Source: an uncultured Acidimicrobiales bacterium (GTDB lineage Bacteria > Actinomycetota > Acidimicrobiia > Acidimicrobiales > VFJN01). Taken from it: 64,000 nucleotides of DNA. The stretch covers positions 585,663-649,662 of the forward strand of contig CAVZUI010000002.1 in assembly GCA_963778415.1 (NCBI GenBank). Reading direction: 5' to 3'. The position numbers and the translations under genes were made by a program. Shown here piece by piece: positions 10,596-24,071 of this stretch (position 1 is the first letter of the stretch; the number at the start of each line of letters is the position of its first letter). The notes under the pieces are model-generated. The model did not search any database. It had not been told where the DNA came from and was given only the letters and a program-made list of their open reading frames with translations.

Positions 10596-11384
10596 ATGTC
10601 CCCGCCGTCCGATCCGCGCCTGCTCGTGCTGCACGGCCTGCAGCTCAAGGGCAGCGCGTCGGCGCCCGCGCTGGCGGAGACGATCGACCTTCCCGTGGCG
10701 GACGTCGAGCGCGAGCTCCGATCGCTCGCCGACGAGGGGCTGGTGGTCGAGCGCGCCTCCCGTCCCGCGGGGTGGGGGCTCACGCCGGCGGGCCGGGATG
10801 CCGTGTCGCGCCTCGTGGCCGCCGAGGTCGACGCGACCGGGGCGCGGCCCGCGGTCGCCCACGCGTACGGCCGGTTCCGGGCCCTCAACGCCGCGGTGCT
10901 CGACGCCTGCAGCCGGTGGCAGGTGCGCGACGTCTCCGGCACGCCGATCCTCAACGACCACCGCGACGCCTCCTACGACGCCGGTGTCGTCGGCGACCTG
11001 GCCCGGCTGCAGCGGCGCGCCGATCCCGTGGTCGACGACCTCGCGGGCACCCTCGCCCGTTACGGCGCCTACGGGCCTCGCCTCCGTCGGGCCGTCGAGC
11101 GCGTCGAGGCCGGCGAGGGCGACTGGTTCACCAAGCCATCCCTCCCCAGCTACCACACCGTCTGGTTCGAGCTGCACGAAGACCTGCTGACCACGCTCGG
11201 CCTCGAGCGCAGCGACGAATCCGAGCCCGACACCGAGCCCGGGACCGAGCCCGAGCCCGCCGCCGAGCCCCGCCCCGACGCCGACGCGTCCCCCGTCGCG
11301 GCGCCCGGGCCGGCCGGTGACGCGTCACCACGCCGTGATCTCCACACCCTTCCGCCCACCCACCCCGACAGGAGCGCCGTAGAC
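10596..11384 (+). CDS. Hypothetical protein with N-terminal winged-helix-like region; 3' end unresolved
   Basis: MSPPSDPRLLVLHGLQLKGSASAPALAETIDLPVADVERELRSLADEGLVVE looks MarR/wHTH-like. An acidic Pro-rich tail follows. There is no in-frame stop before the dapA ATG at 11385. Confidence 0.5.
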
Positions 11385-12283
11385 ATGGGCAACGCTCGCT
11401 TCGGCAAGGTCCTGACCGCCATGGTCACCCCGTTCCACGACGACGGGAGCCTCGACCTCGAGGGCGCCGCCGCCCTCGCCCGCTGGCTGGTGGCCCAGGG
11501 CAACGACGGCCTGGTCATCGCCGGCACCACCGGCGAGGCGCCGACGCTGTCCGACGACGAGACGGTCGATCTCTGGCGGGCCGTCCGCGCCGCCGTCGAC
11601 GTGCCCCTCCTGGCCGGCACCGGCAGCAACGACACCCGCCACACGATCGGGCTCTCGCAGCGGGCGGCCGAGACGGGGGTGGACGGGCTGCTCGCTCGTG
11701 TCGCCGTACTACAACCGGCCGCCGCAGGCCGGCATCGAGGCGCACTTCCGCGCCGTGGCCGAGGCGACCGACCTGCCCATCGTCATGTACGACGTCCCCA
11801 TCCGCACCGGCCGGGAGATGGCGGTCGACACGATCGTGCGGCTGGCCAACGAGGTGCCGGCGATCGCCGGGCTCAAGGACGCCCGCGGCCGATCCCGGCG
11901 AGGCGGCCGCCATCGTGGACGGGGCGCCCGACGACTTCGACGTCTACTCGGGCGACGACGGTCTCACCCTGCCGCTGCTGGCCGTCGGCGCGGTCGGGGT
12001 GATCGGCGTCGCCACCCACTGGACCGCGGGGCTGCACGCGGAGATGATGGCCGCGCACGACAAGAACGACGTCGACGGGGCACGCGAGATCAACGCCCGG
12101 CTCGTGCCGTCGTTCGAGGTCGAGGTGGGCGACACCTGGGTCCAGACCAGCGCGGCCAAGGCGGCGATGGCGGCTCTCGGCCAGCCGGCGGGCCCGGTGC
12201 GCCTGCCGCTGCCCCCGCTCGACGACGCGGTCCGCGCCGCGGTCGCCCACGTGCTCGACGGTCTGGGGCTCGCCCGTGGCTGA
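11385..12283 (+). pseudogene. dapA: 4-hydroxy-tetrahydrodipicolinate synthase, two frameshifts (~11693, ~11885-11892)
   Basis: AGGAG RBS then [27 protein letters not shown]. The protein continues in a second frame ([30 protein letters not shown]) and a third ([26 protein letters not shown]...). Confidence 0.9.
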
Positions 12284-13944
12284 GCCGGTCAAGGTCACGT
12301 TCCTGGGTGGGCTGGGCGAGATCGGGCGCAACTGCGCCTGCATCGAGGTCGACGGGCGCATCCTCCTGCTCGACGTCGGGCTCATGTTCCCCGACATCGA
12401 CATGCTCGGCGTCGACCTGGTGCTGCCCGACTTCACCTACCTGCGGGACAACGCCGACCGGGTCGACGGGGCGATCATCACGCACGGCCACGAGGACCAC
12501 ATGGGGGGCCTCAGCTACCTGCTGCGCGAGCTGTCGTTCCCCATCTACGGGTCCGAGCTCACCCTCGGCCTCGCCCGCAACCGCATCGAGGAGGCGGGCC
12601 TGCTCGATCGCACCGAGCTGATCCCGGTGCGCGACGGCGAGCGCCGCCGCATCGGCCCGTGCCAGGTCGAGTTCATCCCCGTGACGCACTCGGTGCCCCA
12701 GGGGTTCGCCACCGCCTTCCACACGCCGCAGGGCACGATCCTGCACTCGGGCGACTTCAAGCTCGACCTCACGCCCGTCGACGGCCGCCTCACCGACCTG
12801 GCGCGGATCGGGGCGCTGTCGTCCGGCGACGGCATCCGCCTGCTGCTCAGCGACTCGACCAACGCGGACGAGCCCGGCCACGCCCGCAGCGAGACCTCGG
12901 TGGGCAAGGTCCTCTACAACCTCTTCCACGAGCACGAGGGCCGGCGCATCGTCATCGCCTGCTTCGCCAGCCACGTGCACCGCGTGCAGCAGATCGCCGA
13001 CGCGGCGGTGGCGTTCGGGCGCAAGGTGGCCACCCTCGGGCTGTCGATGAAGAAGAACGTCCGGCTGGCGCGCGAGATGGGGCTGCTGCGCATCCCCGAC
13101 CACGCCCTGGTCGACATCGACGACGTCGCGCGACCTGCCGCCGGGCCAGGTGTGCGTGATCTCCACGGGCAGCCAGGGCGAGCCGATGTCGGCGCTGTCG
13201 CTGATGGCGCAGCGCAACAACCGCTGGCTCGAGATCGACGCCGACGACACGGTGATCCTGTCGTCGCACCCGATCCCGGGCAACGAGATGAACGTGTCGA
13301 AGGTGATCGACGGCCTCGTGCGCCTCGGCGCCGAGGTCGTCCACTCGGGCATCTCCGACGTCCACGCCTCGGGGCACGCCAAGCAGGAGGAGCTGAAGAC
13401 CCTGCTGTCGATCGTGCGGCCCGACCACTTCGTCCCGGTCCACGGCGAGTACCGGCACATGGTGGCCCACGCCAAGCTGGCGAGGGCCGTGGGCGCGGTG
13501 GCCGAGTCCGAGATCCACGTGTGCACCGACGGCGACCAGCTCGTGCTCGACGACGACGGGCTGCGCGTCGAGCGCCAGGCGGTGCCGTCGGGCTACCTGT
13601 TCGTCGACGGCATCATCGGCGACGTCGGCCAGGGAGTGCTGCGTGACCGGCGCGTGCTGGCCGAGGAGGGCGTCGTCGTGGTCGTGGTGACCGTCGACGT
13701 GAAGACCGGCGCCATCCTCGTCGGCCCCGAGGTCATCACGCGGGGCTGGGTCTACGCCCCCGAGGCCGAGCCCCTGCTGTCCGAGTGCGCCGACGCCGTG
13801 CGCATGGCGGTCAAGGAGTCGGTCGCCACCGGCGCCGGTGACATCGAGGCGCTCCAGAAGGTGGTCCGGCGGGCGGCCGGCAAGTTCGTCAACGAGTCGA
13901 CGAAGCGACGCCCGATGATCGTGCCCGTCGTCACCGAGGCCTGA
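12276..13944 (+). pseudogene. rnj: Ribonuclease J, one frameshift (~13129-13131)
   Basis: Metallo-beta-lactamase motif [11 protein letters not shown], plus SDSTNADEPG. The second frame continues VCVISTGSQGEPMSAL..HASGHAKQEEL..VPVHGEYRH. Confidence 0.9.
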
Positions 13945-13972
13945 GCCGCCCCCGTCCGGCGGCGTCCCACCT

Positions 13973-14773
13973 GTGCCCGAGCTGCCCGAGGTCGAGACGA
14001 TCCGCCGGCAGCTCGAGCCGCTGGTGGTCGGCCGCCGGCTCGGCGAGGCGTGGGCGTTCGCCCACCCCAAGTTCACGCCTGCGCTCGAGGTGCCCGGGGC
14101 GGTGGTCGAGGGCGTGGGCCGGCGCGGCAAGTACCTGCTGATCGGGCTCGACGACGACCGCGAGCTGGTCGTGCACCTCGGCATGACCGGGTCGCTGCGC
14201 GTCCGTCCCCCCGGCGATGGGGGCGACGCCTACGTGCGGGCCTGGTGGGCGCTCGACGACGGGGGAGAGGCCCTCGAGTACCGGGACGTCCGCCGGTTCG
14301 GACGCCTGGCCGTCGCCGAGGGCGGGCGCTACGCCGGGACGCTGGCGGTGCAGGGCCCCGACGCGCTCGACCGGTCGCTCACCGCCGAGGCGTTCTGGCG
14401 TTCGTTGCGGTCCAGCCGGCGGGCCGTGAAGACCCAGCTCCTCAGCCAACGGCCGATCGCCGGGGTGGGCAACATCTACGCCGACGAGGCGCTGTGGCGG
14501 GCGCGCATCAACCCCGCCCGCCGGACCGTCACGCGGGCGCAGGCGAGCGCGCTGCTCGACGCGCTGCGAGACGTCCTGGCGGGGAGCCTGCGCTATGGCG
14601 GCACGACGCTGTCCGACTACCGCACGGTCGAGGGGCGCGAGGGCCGGAACCAGCAGCGGCTCGACGTGTACGGCCAGGCCGGCCTGCCGTGCCCGCGCTG
14701 CGGCACCGAGCTGCGCTCGCGGACCCTCGACGGCCGCACCGCGACGTGGTGCCCGACCTGCCAGCCCCGCTGA
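13973..14773 (+). CDS. mutM: Formamidopyrimidine-DNA glycosylase
   Basis: N-terminal PELPEVETIRRQL and the C-terminal zinc finger CPRCGTELRSRTLDGRTATWCPTCQ. Confidence 0.9.
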   Translation: MPELPEVETIRRQLEPLVVGRRLGEAWAFAHPKFTPALEVPGAVVEGVGRRGKYLLIGLDDDRELVVHLGMTGSLRVRPPGDGGDAYVRAWWALDDGGEALEYRDVRRFGRLAVAEGGRYAGTLAVQGPDALDRSLTAEAFWRSLRSSRRAVKTQLLSQRPIAGVGNIYADEALWRARINPARRTVTRAQASALLDALRDVLAGSLRYGGTTLSDYRTVEGREGRNQQRLDVYGQAGLPCPRCGTELRSRTLDGRTATWCPTCQPR

Positions 14774-14804
14774 CCAGAGGCAACCGGGACGCGACCGCCT
14801 GACG

Positions 14805-15545
14805 TCAGGTCGGGCGGCGGTGGACCTGGCGGGCGCCGGCCTGGTCGCGGGCCAGCACGACCATCTGGTCGATGTTCACGTGCGGTGGACGCGCCGCGAC
14901 CCAGCGAACGCACTCGGCGATGTCGTCGGCCGACAGCGGGTCGACGCCCGCGTAGACGGCGGCGGCCCGCTCGGCGTCGCCGCCGAAGCGCACGAGGCTG
15001 AACTCGGTCTCGACCAGGCCGGGGTCGATCTCGCACACCCGGACCGGCCGCCCGAGCAGCTCCTGGCGCAGCACGCCCATGAACGCCCGCACCGCGAACT
15101 TGGCCGCGTTGTAGCCGCCCCCGCCCGCGTAGGGCTCGGACCCGGCGATCGACCCGATGGTCACCACCTGGCCGTCTCCGCTGGCCTCGAGCGCGGGCAG
15201 CAGCCGCTGGGTGACCCGCAGGACGCCGAGCACGTTCGTGTCGTACATCGTGCGCCACTCGGCCTCGTCGGCCTCCGCGATCGGGCTCAGGCCGAGGGCG
15301 CCGCCTGCGCAGTTCACGAGCAGGCGACAGGCGGGCACCGAGGCGACGAAGGCATCGACCGAGGCGGGATCGGTGACGTCGAGCGCGTGAGCACGCCCGC
15401 CGATCTCGTCCGCCAGCGCGTCGAGGCGATCGACGCGCCGGGCGCCCACGACGACGTCCCACCCGTCGCCCGCCAGCGCTCGTGCCGTGGCGGCGCCGAT
15501 GCCCGAGCTCGCGCCCGTGACGACGGCGGTGCCGCGCCCCGTCAT
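14805..15545 (-). CDS. Short-chain dehydrogenase/reductase
   Basis: TGASSGIGAATA Rossmann motif and YNAAKFAV catalytic motif. ATGA overlap with the upstream VOC gene. Confidence 0.85.
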   Translation of the reverse strand: MTGRGTAVVTGASSGIGAATARALAGDGWDVVVGARRVDRLDALADEIGGRAHALDVTDPASVDAFVASVPACRLLVNCAGGALGLSPIAEADEAEWRTMYDTNVLGVLRVTQRLLPALEASGDGQVVTIGSIAGSEPYAGGGGYNAAKFAVRAFMGVLRQELLGRPVRVCEIDPGLVETEFSLVRFGGDAERAAAVYAGVDPLSADDIAECVRWVAARPPHVNIDQMVVLARDQAGARQVHRRPT

Positions 15546-15891
15546 TCCGCCGGCTCCGCCGGCGCCGGGCCGCCGACGCGCAACCTGTTGCCGTCGGGGT
15601 CGGTGAGCTCGACCTCGCGCCCCACGGCTGGGTGGTGACGCGCACGCCGAACTCGTCGGCCACCGCGTCGAGGTCGTCCACGGAGAGGTAGACCAACGTG
15701 CCCGGCCGGGCGTCGCCCGTGTGCTCGGACAGGTGGATGAACACGTCGTCACCACGCTGGAGGAACAGGTAGAGCGGCAGGTCCGGCGCGAACCGGTGCT
15801 CGCCGGTCACCGTGAAGCCGAGCCGGGCGTACCACTCGGCGGCCGCGTGGCCGTCCGCCACGCGGAAGATCGGGGCGATGCTCTCGGGCAC
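15542..15891 (-). pseudogene. Glyoxalase/bleomycin-resistance (VOC) family protein, one frameshift (~15620-15630)
   Basis: GTG start then PESIAPIFRVADGHAAAEWYARLGF..IHLSEHTGD..QPWG. The tail REVELTDPDGNRLRV is in another frame and ends in the ATGA overlap. Confidence 0.65.
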
Positions 15892-16045
15892 GGGCCGACC
15901 GTAATGCGAGGGTCCACCGGCCGGCGCCGCTCGGACGCAAAGATCGCACCGTGCGCTCCTCGTCTCGCCGCGGTCTGCCCGGCAGGTGCCGCCGTCGAAT
16001 GATGCTGATGTTGCGCATGAGGCTCCTGGTAGCTTTGTTGCCGTT

Positions 16046-18597
<2,552 letters not shown>

Positions 18598-18689
18598 GCC
18601 CCGCCACCTCGGCGGTCATCCTCGCGGACGACCGGACGTCGTCGGCACGGACGACGACGTGGCCAGGCGTCACCGATAGCGTCCGGGTG

Positions 18690-19946
18690 ATGCCGCGCCT
18701 GTCGACCCTCTACGCCCGGGTGCGCGACCCGCACCCCGCGGTCATCGACGTCATGGGGGTGATCTGCCTCATCGGCATCGGCGTGGCCACCGACCTCGCA
18801 CCCCCGCAGGGGGTGGGCTTCGAGGCGAACGACGCGCTGAGCATGGCCCTGAGCCTGATCGCCCCGCTGCCGTTGCTCTGGCGGCGCACCCACCCGGCGG
18901 CGGTGATGGCCGCCTCGTGGGTGACGATGACCGTCTACTCCGTGCTGCTGTACCCGGGCGGCGGCCCGTTCCTGGTCCTGCTCACCGCGCTGTACTCGGT
19001 GGCGGCGTTCGGCACGCCACGCGCCGCCCGCCTGGGCCTCGTCTCCGTGCTCGTCGTCCAGCCGCTCGCAGTGCTCGACCCGCGCGACCCGGCCCACGGC
19101 TCGTGGGGAGACGCCCTCGTCGCCACGGTCGTGCTCACCGCGGTGTGGGTGTGGGGGGACAGTCGCCGGGTGCGGCGCGCCCAGGTCGAGATGATCGAGG
19201 AACGGGCCCTGCGCGCCGAGCGCGAGCGGGACGAGCAGGCCCGCCTGGCGGTGCGCGAGGAGCGGTCCCGCATCGCCCGCGAGATGCACGACATCGTGGC
19301 CCACAGCGTGAGCGTGATGGTCGTCCAGGCCGGCGCCGCCCGCCGCCTCGTCGACCGCGATCCGCAGGCCGCGGTCGAGGCGGCCGGCCTGGTCGAGGCG
19401 ACCGGGCGAGACGCGTTGCGCGAGATGCGCCGAGCGGTGGGCGTGCTGCGCGCCGGGGGCGACGGCGAGGGCTCCTCCGAGACGACCGCCCCGGCGAGGC
19501 TCGAGCCGCAGCCGGCGCTGGCCGACGTGCCGGCCCTGATCGCGGGGTACCGGGACGCAGGCCTGGACGTGCGGGTGCGCACCGACGGCGAGCCGTGCCC
19601 GCTGGCCTCGGGCGTCGAGCTGGCCGCCTACCGGATCATCCAGGAGGCGCTCACCAACACGATCAAGCACGCGGGGCCGGCGCGGGCCGAGGTCCGCATC
19701 AGCTACGGGCCCGACGCGCTCACGGTCGTGGTGGCCGACGACGGACGCGGTGCGGGGTTCGAGCCGGCGCAGGGCGGCCACGGGCTGGCGGGCATGCGCG
19801 AGCGGGTCACGGTGTACGACGGCGACCTCGACGCCGGCCCGCATCCGGGCGGCGGGTTCCGCGTGCGGGCCCGACTGCCGTTCGAGGCGACGACCGGTGT
19901 CGGGGCCCGTGTCGGGGCCGGCGTCGCGGGCGGCGTGCGGCTGTGA
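18690..19946 (+). CDS. Sensor histidine kinase (HisKA_3 / NarL-partner type)
   Basis: N-terminal TM helices, H-box REMHDIVAHSVS, and ATPase motifs QEALTNTIKHA and DDGRG..GHGLAGMRER. Confidence 0.85.
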   Translation: MPRLSTLYARVRDPHPAVIDVMGVICLIGIGVATDLAPPQGVGFEANDALSMALSLIAPLPLLWRRTHPAAVMAASWVTMTVYSVLLYPGGGPFLVLLTALYSVAAFGTPRAARLGLVSVLVVQPLAVLDPRDPAHGSWGDALVATVVLTAVWVWGDSRRVRRAQVEMIEERALRAERERDEQARLAVREERSRIAREMHDIVAHSVSVMVVQAGAARRLVDRDPQAAVEAAGLVEATGRDALREMRRAVGVLRAGGDGEGSSETTAPARLEPQPALADVPALIAGYRDAGLDVRVRTDGEPCPLASGVELAAYRIIQEALTNTIKHAGPARAEVRISYGPDALTVVVADDGRGAGFEPAQGGHGLAGMRERVTVYDGDLDAGPHPGGGFRVRARLPFEATTGVGARVGAGVAGGVRL

Positions 19947-20620
19947 CGGGCCGTCCGATCCGCGTCCTCGTCGCCGACGACCAGGAGCTGGTCCGGACCG
20001 GGTTCCGGCTGATCCTCGAGACCGAGGACGACATCACGGTCGTGGGCCAGGCCGCCGACGGCGTCGAGGCGGTCGAGCTGGCTCGCCGGCACCGCCCCGA
20101 CGTGGTGCTGATGGACGTCCGCATGCCGACCCTCGACGGCATCGAGGCCACGGCCCGGCTGGTCGGCCCCGAGGCGGTGCCTGCGGTGCCGGTGCGGGTG
20201 CTGATGCTGACCACGTTCGACATGGACGACTACGTGTACGCGGCCCTGCGGAACGGTGCGAGTGGCTTCCTGCTGAAGGACACGCCGCCCGAGGATCTGG
20301 TGCGGGCCATCCGCGTCGTCGCCGCGGGCGACGCCCTCCTGGCCCCCAGCGTCACCCGACGGCTGATCGAGGACGTCTCCCGGCTGCGCGCCGAGCCGAC
20401 GCTCCCGCCCGGGCTGGCGACGCTCACGGACCGCGAGCGCGAGGTGCTGGGTCTGGTGGCACGGGGTCTGTCGAACGCGGAGATCGCCGACGCGCTCGTG
20501 CTCGGCGAGACCACGGTCAAGACGCACGTCGGTCGGGTCCTCATGAAGCTGGGCCTGCGCGACCGGGTGCAGGCCGTGGTCCTCGCCTACGAGTCGGGCC
20601 TGGTCACACCCGGTCGCTGA
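19943..20620 (+). CDS. NarL/LuxR family response regulator
   Basis: Receiver domain (VLVADDQELV..VVLMDVRMP) plus LuxR HTH (LTDREREVLGLVARGLSNAEIA). GTGA overlap with the kinase gene. Confidence 0.9.
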   Translation: MTGRPIRVLVADDQELVRTGFRLILETEDDITVVGQAADGVEAVELARRHRPDVVLMDVRMPTLDGIEATARLVGPEAVPAVPVRVLMLTTFDMDDYVYAALRNGASGFLLKDTPPEDLVRAIRVVAAGDALLAPSVTRRLIEDVSRLRAEPTLPPGLATLTDREREVLGLVARGLSNAEIADALVLGETTVKTHVGRVLMKLGLRDRVQAVVLAYESGLVTPGR

Positions 20621-20683
20621 GCGGCCGCGCCCCGCTGCCGACGGGCTCGACGTCGTCCTTCGGGATGACGCGGATCAGCGCGA

Positions 20684-21517
20684 ATGGTGACGACACCCCC
20701 TCCCGCGCGGCCTACCGTCGCTGGAATGGATACGACGGCGGATTCGCCCCTTCCCGACGACGGCGCCGCCCCCGGCGCCGTCGGTACCGCACCCGTCCCC
20801 GCTGCCCGCGCCTTCGGGGCCACCAAGATCTACGGCTCCGGCGACACCGCCGTGATCGCCCTCGACGACGTCACGGTCGAGATGCCGAGCGGTCGGTTCA
20901 CCGCCGTCATGGGCCCGTCGGGCTCGGGCAAGTCGACCCTCATGCACTGCATGGCCGGGCTCGACGACCTCACCCGCGGCCAGGTGTTCATCGGCGATCA
21001 GGACCTCGGCCAGCTCACCGAGGACGAGCTGACCCTGCTGCGCCGCGACAGCGTCGGCTTCGTGTTCCAGGCGTACAACCTGATCCCGACCCTGACCGCC
21101 AGCGAGAACATCACGCTGCCGCTCACCCTCGCCGGCCGCTCGCCCGACGACGAGTGGCTGGCCACAGTGGTCAAGACGACCGGGCTGGGCGACCGCCTCG
21201 GGCACCGCCCGAGCGAGCTCTCCGGTGGCCAGCAGCAGCGCGTGGCGGTGGCGCGCGCCCTCGCCAGCCGGCCGCAGATCATCTTCGCCGACGAGCCCAC
21301 CGGCAACCTCGACTCGCGCAGCGGCACCGAGATCCTCGACTTCATGCGCCGTGCCGTCCGCGAGATGGGCCAGACGATCGTGATGGTCACCCACGACCCG
21401 GTGGCCGCGTCGTACGCGGACTCGGCGCTGTTCCTCGCCGACGGCAAGATCGTCGACCAGATGGACGCCCCGACGGCCGAGCGGGTGCTCGACCGGCTCA
21501 AGCAGTTCGGGGAGTAG
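20684..21517 (+). CDS. ABC transporter ATP-binding protein (MacB/LolD-like)
   Basis: Walker A GPSGSGKST, signature LSGGQQQRVAVARAL, Walker B IIFADEPTGNLD. The start may instead be ATG 20726. Confidence 0.9.
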   Translation: MVTTPPPARPTVAGMDTTADSPLPDDGAAPGAVGTAPVPAARAFGATKIYGSGDTAVIALDDVTVEMPSGRFTAVMGPSGSGKSTLMHCMAGLDDLTRGQVFIGDQDLGQLTEDELTLLRRDSVGFVFQAYNLIPTLTASENITLPLTLAGRSPDDEWLATVVKTTGLGDRLGHRPSELSGGQQQRVAVARALASRPQIIFADEPTGNLDSRSGTEILDFMRRAVREMGQTIVMVTHDPVAASYADSALFLADGKIVDQMDAPTAERVLDRLKQFGE

Positions 21518-21519
21518 TC

Positions 21520-24066
21520 GTGCTCAAGGTCGCACTCCGGGGCCTGATGGCCCACAAGGGGCGCATGCTCACGACGTTCGCCGCGGTGGCGCTGGGCGTG
21601 GCGTTCATGGGCGGTGTCCTCGTGCTCACCGACACGATGAACCGGTCGTTCGACGATCTGTTCGCCGACGTGTTCCGCGACACCGACGCCGTGGTCCGGT
21701 CGAGCCAGACGTTCTCCAGCGACTTCGGCGACATCCGGGGCCTGATCGACGCCGACCTCCTCCCCGACGTCGAGTCCTCCGATGGCGTGCGCGCCGCGGC
21801 CGGCAGCAGCGACGGCTTCGCCCAGATCATCGACAAGCAGGGGGACCCCGTGGGCGACCCCACGTTCGGGGCCCCGACGTTCGGGTCCACGTGGATCGCC
21901 GACGACGAGCTCAACCCGTTCGACCTCACCGACGGACACGCTCCCGAGGCCGACGACGAGATCGTGATCGACCGCAAGTCCGCCAAGGACACCGGCTACC
22001 AGGTCGGCGACACGGTGACCGTGCAGTCGCCGGGTGGCGTCAGCGACTTCGAGCTCGTCGGCATCGCCCGCTTCGGCACCACCGACAGCCCGGGCGGCGC
22101 GTCGTACGTGATGTGGACCGAGGAGGCCGCCATGCGGTGGGTGGGCGAGCCCGGCCGCTTCTCGTCCATCTCGGTGGCAGCCGACGACGGCGTCTCCCAG
22201 CAGGAGGTGGCCGACTCGATCGACGCGACGCTCCAGGACGAGGACGTCTCGGGCGTCGAGGTCGTCACCGGCACCGAGATCACCGAGGAGACCCAGAGCG
22301 ACATCAAGCAGTCGCTGTCGTTCATCACGACGTTCTTCCTCGTGTTCGCCGTGATCGCCCTGGTCGTCGGCACGTTCGTCATCTACAACTCCTTCTCGAT
22401 CATCGTGGCCCAGCGCACCCGTGAGATGGCCCTGCTGCGGGCGATCGGCGCCCGCCGCCGCCAGGTGCGCCGGGCGGTGATGATCGAGGCCGTGATCGTC
22501 GGCCTCGTCGGCGCCTCCGTGGGCTTCGTGATCGGGTTGGGCGTGGCCACACTGCTCGGATCGGTGCTGGGCGTGCCCGGCGACGGGCTCGCCATCGTGC
22601 CGTCGTCGGTCGCCGTGGCGATCGTCACCGGCGTGATCGTGACGGTCGTGTCGGCTCTGCTGCCGGCGTGGCGGGCATCCCGCGTGCCACCCCTCGCCGC
22701 CATGCGCGAGGTCGCCGTCGACCGGACGGGTCGATCGCGGGCCCGGTTCGTCGTCGGGCTCGCCGTCCTGGCCGCCGGCCTCGTCGCGGTCGTCGTCGGG
22801 GCCACGGGCAGCACGATCGAGACCGTGGGGCTGGGCGTCGGGCTGGTGTTCCTCGGCCTCATCCTCGTCTGCCCCGGGCTGGCCCGGCCGGTGAGCCGAG
22901 CCATCGGGGCGCCGGTCCAGCGGTTCCGGGGTGCCTCCGGGCGCATCGCCCGCGACAACGCCAGCCGCAACCCGAGGCGCACGTCCGCCACCGCGCAGGC
23001 GTTGATGATCGGCGTGGGCCTGGTGGCCCTGCTCCTCGTGGTCAACTCGTCGATCCGGGCCTCGATCGACAAGACGCTCGACGACAGCTTCGCGGGCGAC
23101 TTCGTCATCCAGTCGGGGGCGTTCGGGATGATCGGCCTGCCGCCCACCGTGGCCGCCGACATCGAGCAGATCCCCGACGTCTCGATCGTGGCGCCGGTGC
23201 GGTTCTCGCCGGCGACGGTCGACGGCGACGACGAGGGCGTGACCGGCACCAACGAGGGCGCGTTCGAGCTGCTGGACCTGACCCTGGTCGAGGGGAACGC
23301 GGACCTGGCGTCCGGCGAGATCGTGATCACGAAGGGCCGGGCCGACGACAGCGGGCTCTCCATCGGCGACGAGATCCCCGTCACCCTCGTCGACGACGAC
23401 CGGCCGGCGTCGGCACAGAACGCCACGGTCGCGGGCATCTACGAGGCGCCTGAGGGGGCTCCCGACCTGGGTGCCTTCATCATCGGGCTCGACGACTTCA
23501 CCGCCGCCGCCCCGAGCTCGAGCGACGCGCAGATCTTCGTGCAGATCGCCGACGGGGCGACGATCGCCGAGGTCGAGCCCGAGATCGAGCAGATCGTGGC
23601 GCCGTACGCGGCGGCCGACGTGCAGAGCGTCGACGAGTACAAGGACAGCATCAAGAGCCAGCTGAACGTCTTCCTCCTGCTGCTCATCGGGTTGCTGCTG
23701 CTCTCGGTGGTGATCGCCGTGCTCGGGATCGCCAACACGATCGCCCTGTCCGTCCTCGAGCGCACCCGCGAGATCGGCCTGCTCCGGGCCGTGGGGATGC
23801 GTCGTCGCCAGGTGCGGGCGACCGTGCGGTGGGAGGCCGTGATCATCTCGCTCTACGGGACGGTCCTCGGCCTGGCCTTCGGGCTGGTCGGCGGGTGGGG
23901 CCTGGTCCGAGCCCTGCGTGACGAGGGGTTCGGGGTGTTCGAGGTCCCCGTGGTGCCGTTCATCGCGGTCGCGTTCCTGGGTGCCGTGATCGGTGTCCTG
24001 GCCAGCGTCCTGCCCGCCTGGCGGGCCAGCAGGATGAACGTCCTCGACGCCATCTCCACCGAGTGA
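21520..24066 (+). CDS. ABC transporter permease with two FtsX domains
   Basis: 848 aa with a GTG start 3 nt after the ATPase stop. Two repeats of TM-extracytoplasmic domain-FtsX, each with the motif REIGLLRAVGMRRRQV or REMALLRAIGARRRQV. Confidence 0.85.
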   Translation: MLKVALRGLMAHKGRMLTTFAAVALGVAFMGGVLVLTDTMNRSFDDLFADVFRDTDAVVRSSQTFSSDFGDIRGLIDADLLPDVESSDGVRAAAGSSDGFAQIIDKQGDPVGDPTFGAPTFGSTWIADDELNPFDLTDGHAPEADDEIVIDRKSAKDTGYQVGDTVTVQSPGGVSDFELVGIARFGTTDSPGGASYVMWTEEAAMRWVGEPGRFSSISVAADDGVSQQEVADSIDATLQDEDVSGVEVVTGTEITEETQSDIKQSLSFITTFFLVFAVIALVVGTFVIYNSFSIIVAQRTREMALLRAIGARRRQVRRAVMIEAVIVGLVGASVGFVIGLGVATLLGSVLGVPGDGLAIVPSSVAVAIVTGVIVTVVSALLPAWRASRVPPLAAMREVAVDRTGRSRARFVVGLAVLAAGLVAVVVGATGSTIETVGLGVGLVFLGLILVCPGLARPVSRAIGAPVQRFRGASGRIARDNASRNPRRTSATAQALMIGVGLVALLLVVNSSIRASIDKTLDDSFAGDFVIQSGAFGMIGLPPTVAADIEQIPDVSIVAPVRFSPATVDGDDEGVTGTNEGAFELLDLTLVEGNADLASGEIVITKGRADDSGLSIGDEIPVTLVDDDRPASAQNATVAGIYEAPEGAPDLGAFIIGLDDFTAAAPSSSDAQIFVQIADGATIAEVEPEIEQIVAPYAAADVQSVDEYKDSIKSQLNVFLLLLIGLLLLSVVIAVLGIANTIALSVLERTREIGLLRAVGMRRRQVRATVRWEAVIISLYGTVLGLAFGLVGGWGLVRALRDEGFGVFEVPVVPFIAVAFLGAVIGVLASVLPAWRASRMNVLDAISTE

Positions 24067-24071
24067 CCTCT

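Noticed and set aside
9777-12002. 741-aa ORF suggesting a large fusion of ATP-grasp, wHTH and DapA
   Set aside because: It is a composite. The 5' part is an alternative frame of the ATP-grasp gene. The wHTH gene starts at 10596. dapA has its own RBS and start at 11385. The continuity is due to missing stops, probably an indel, not a real fusion.
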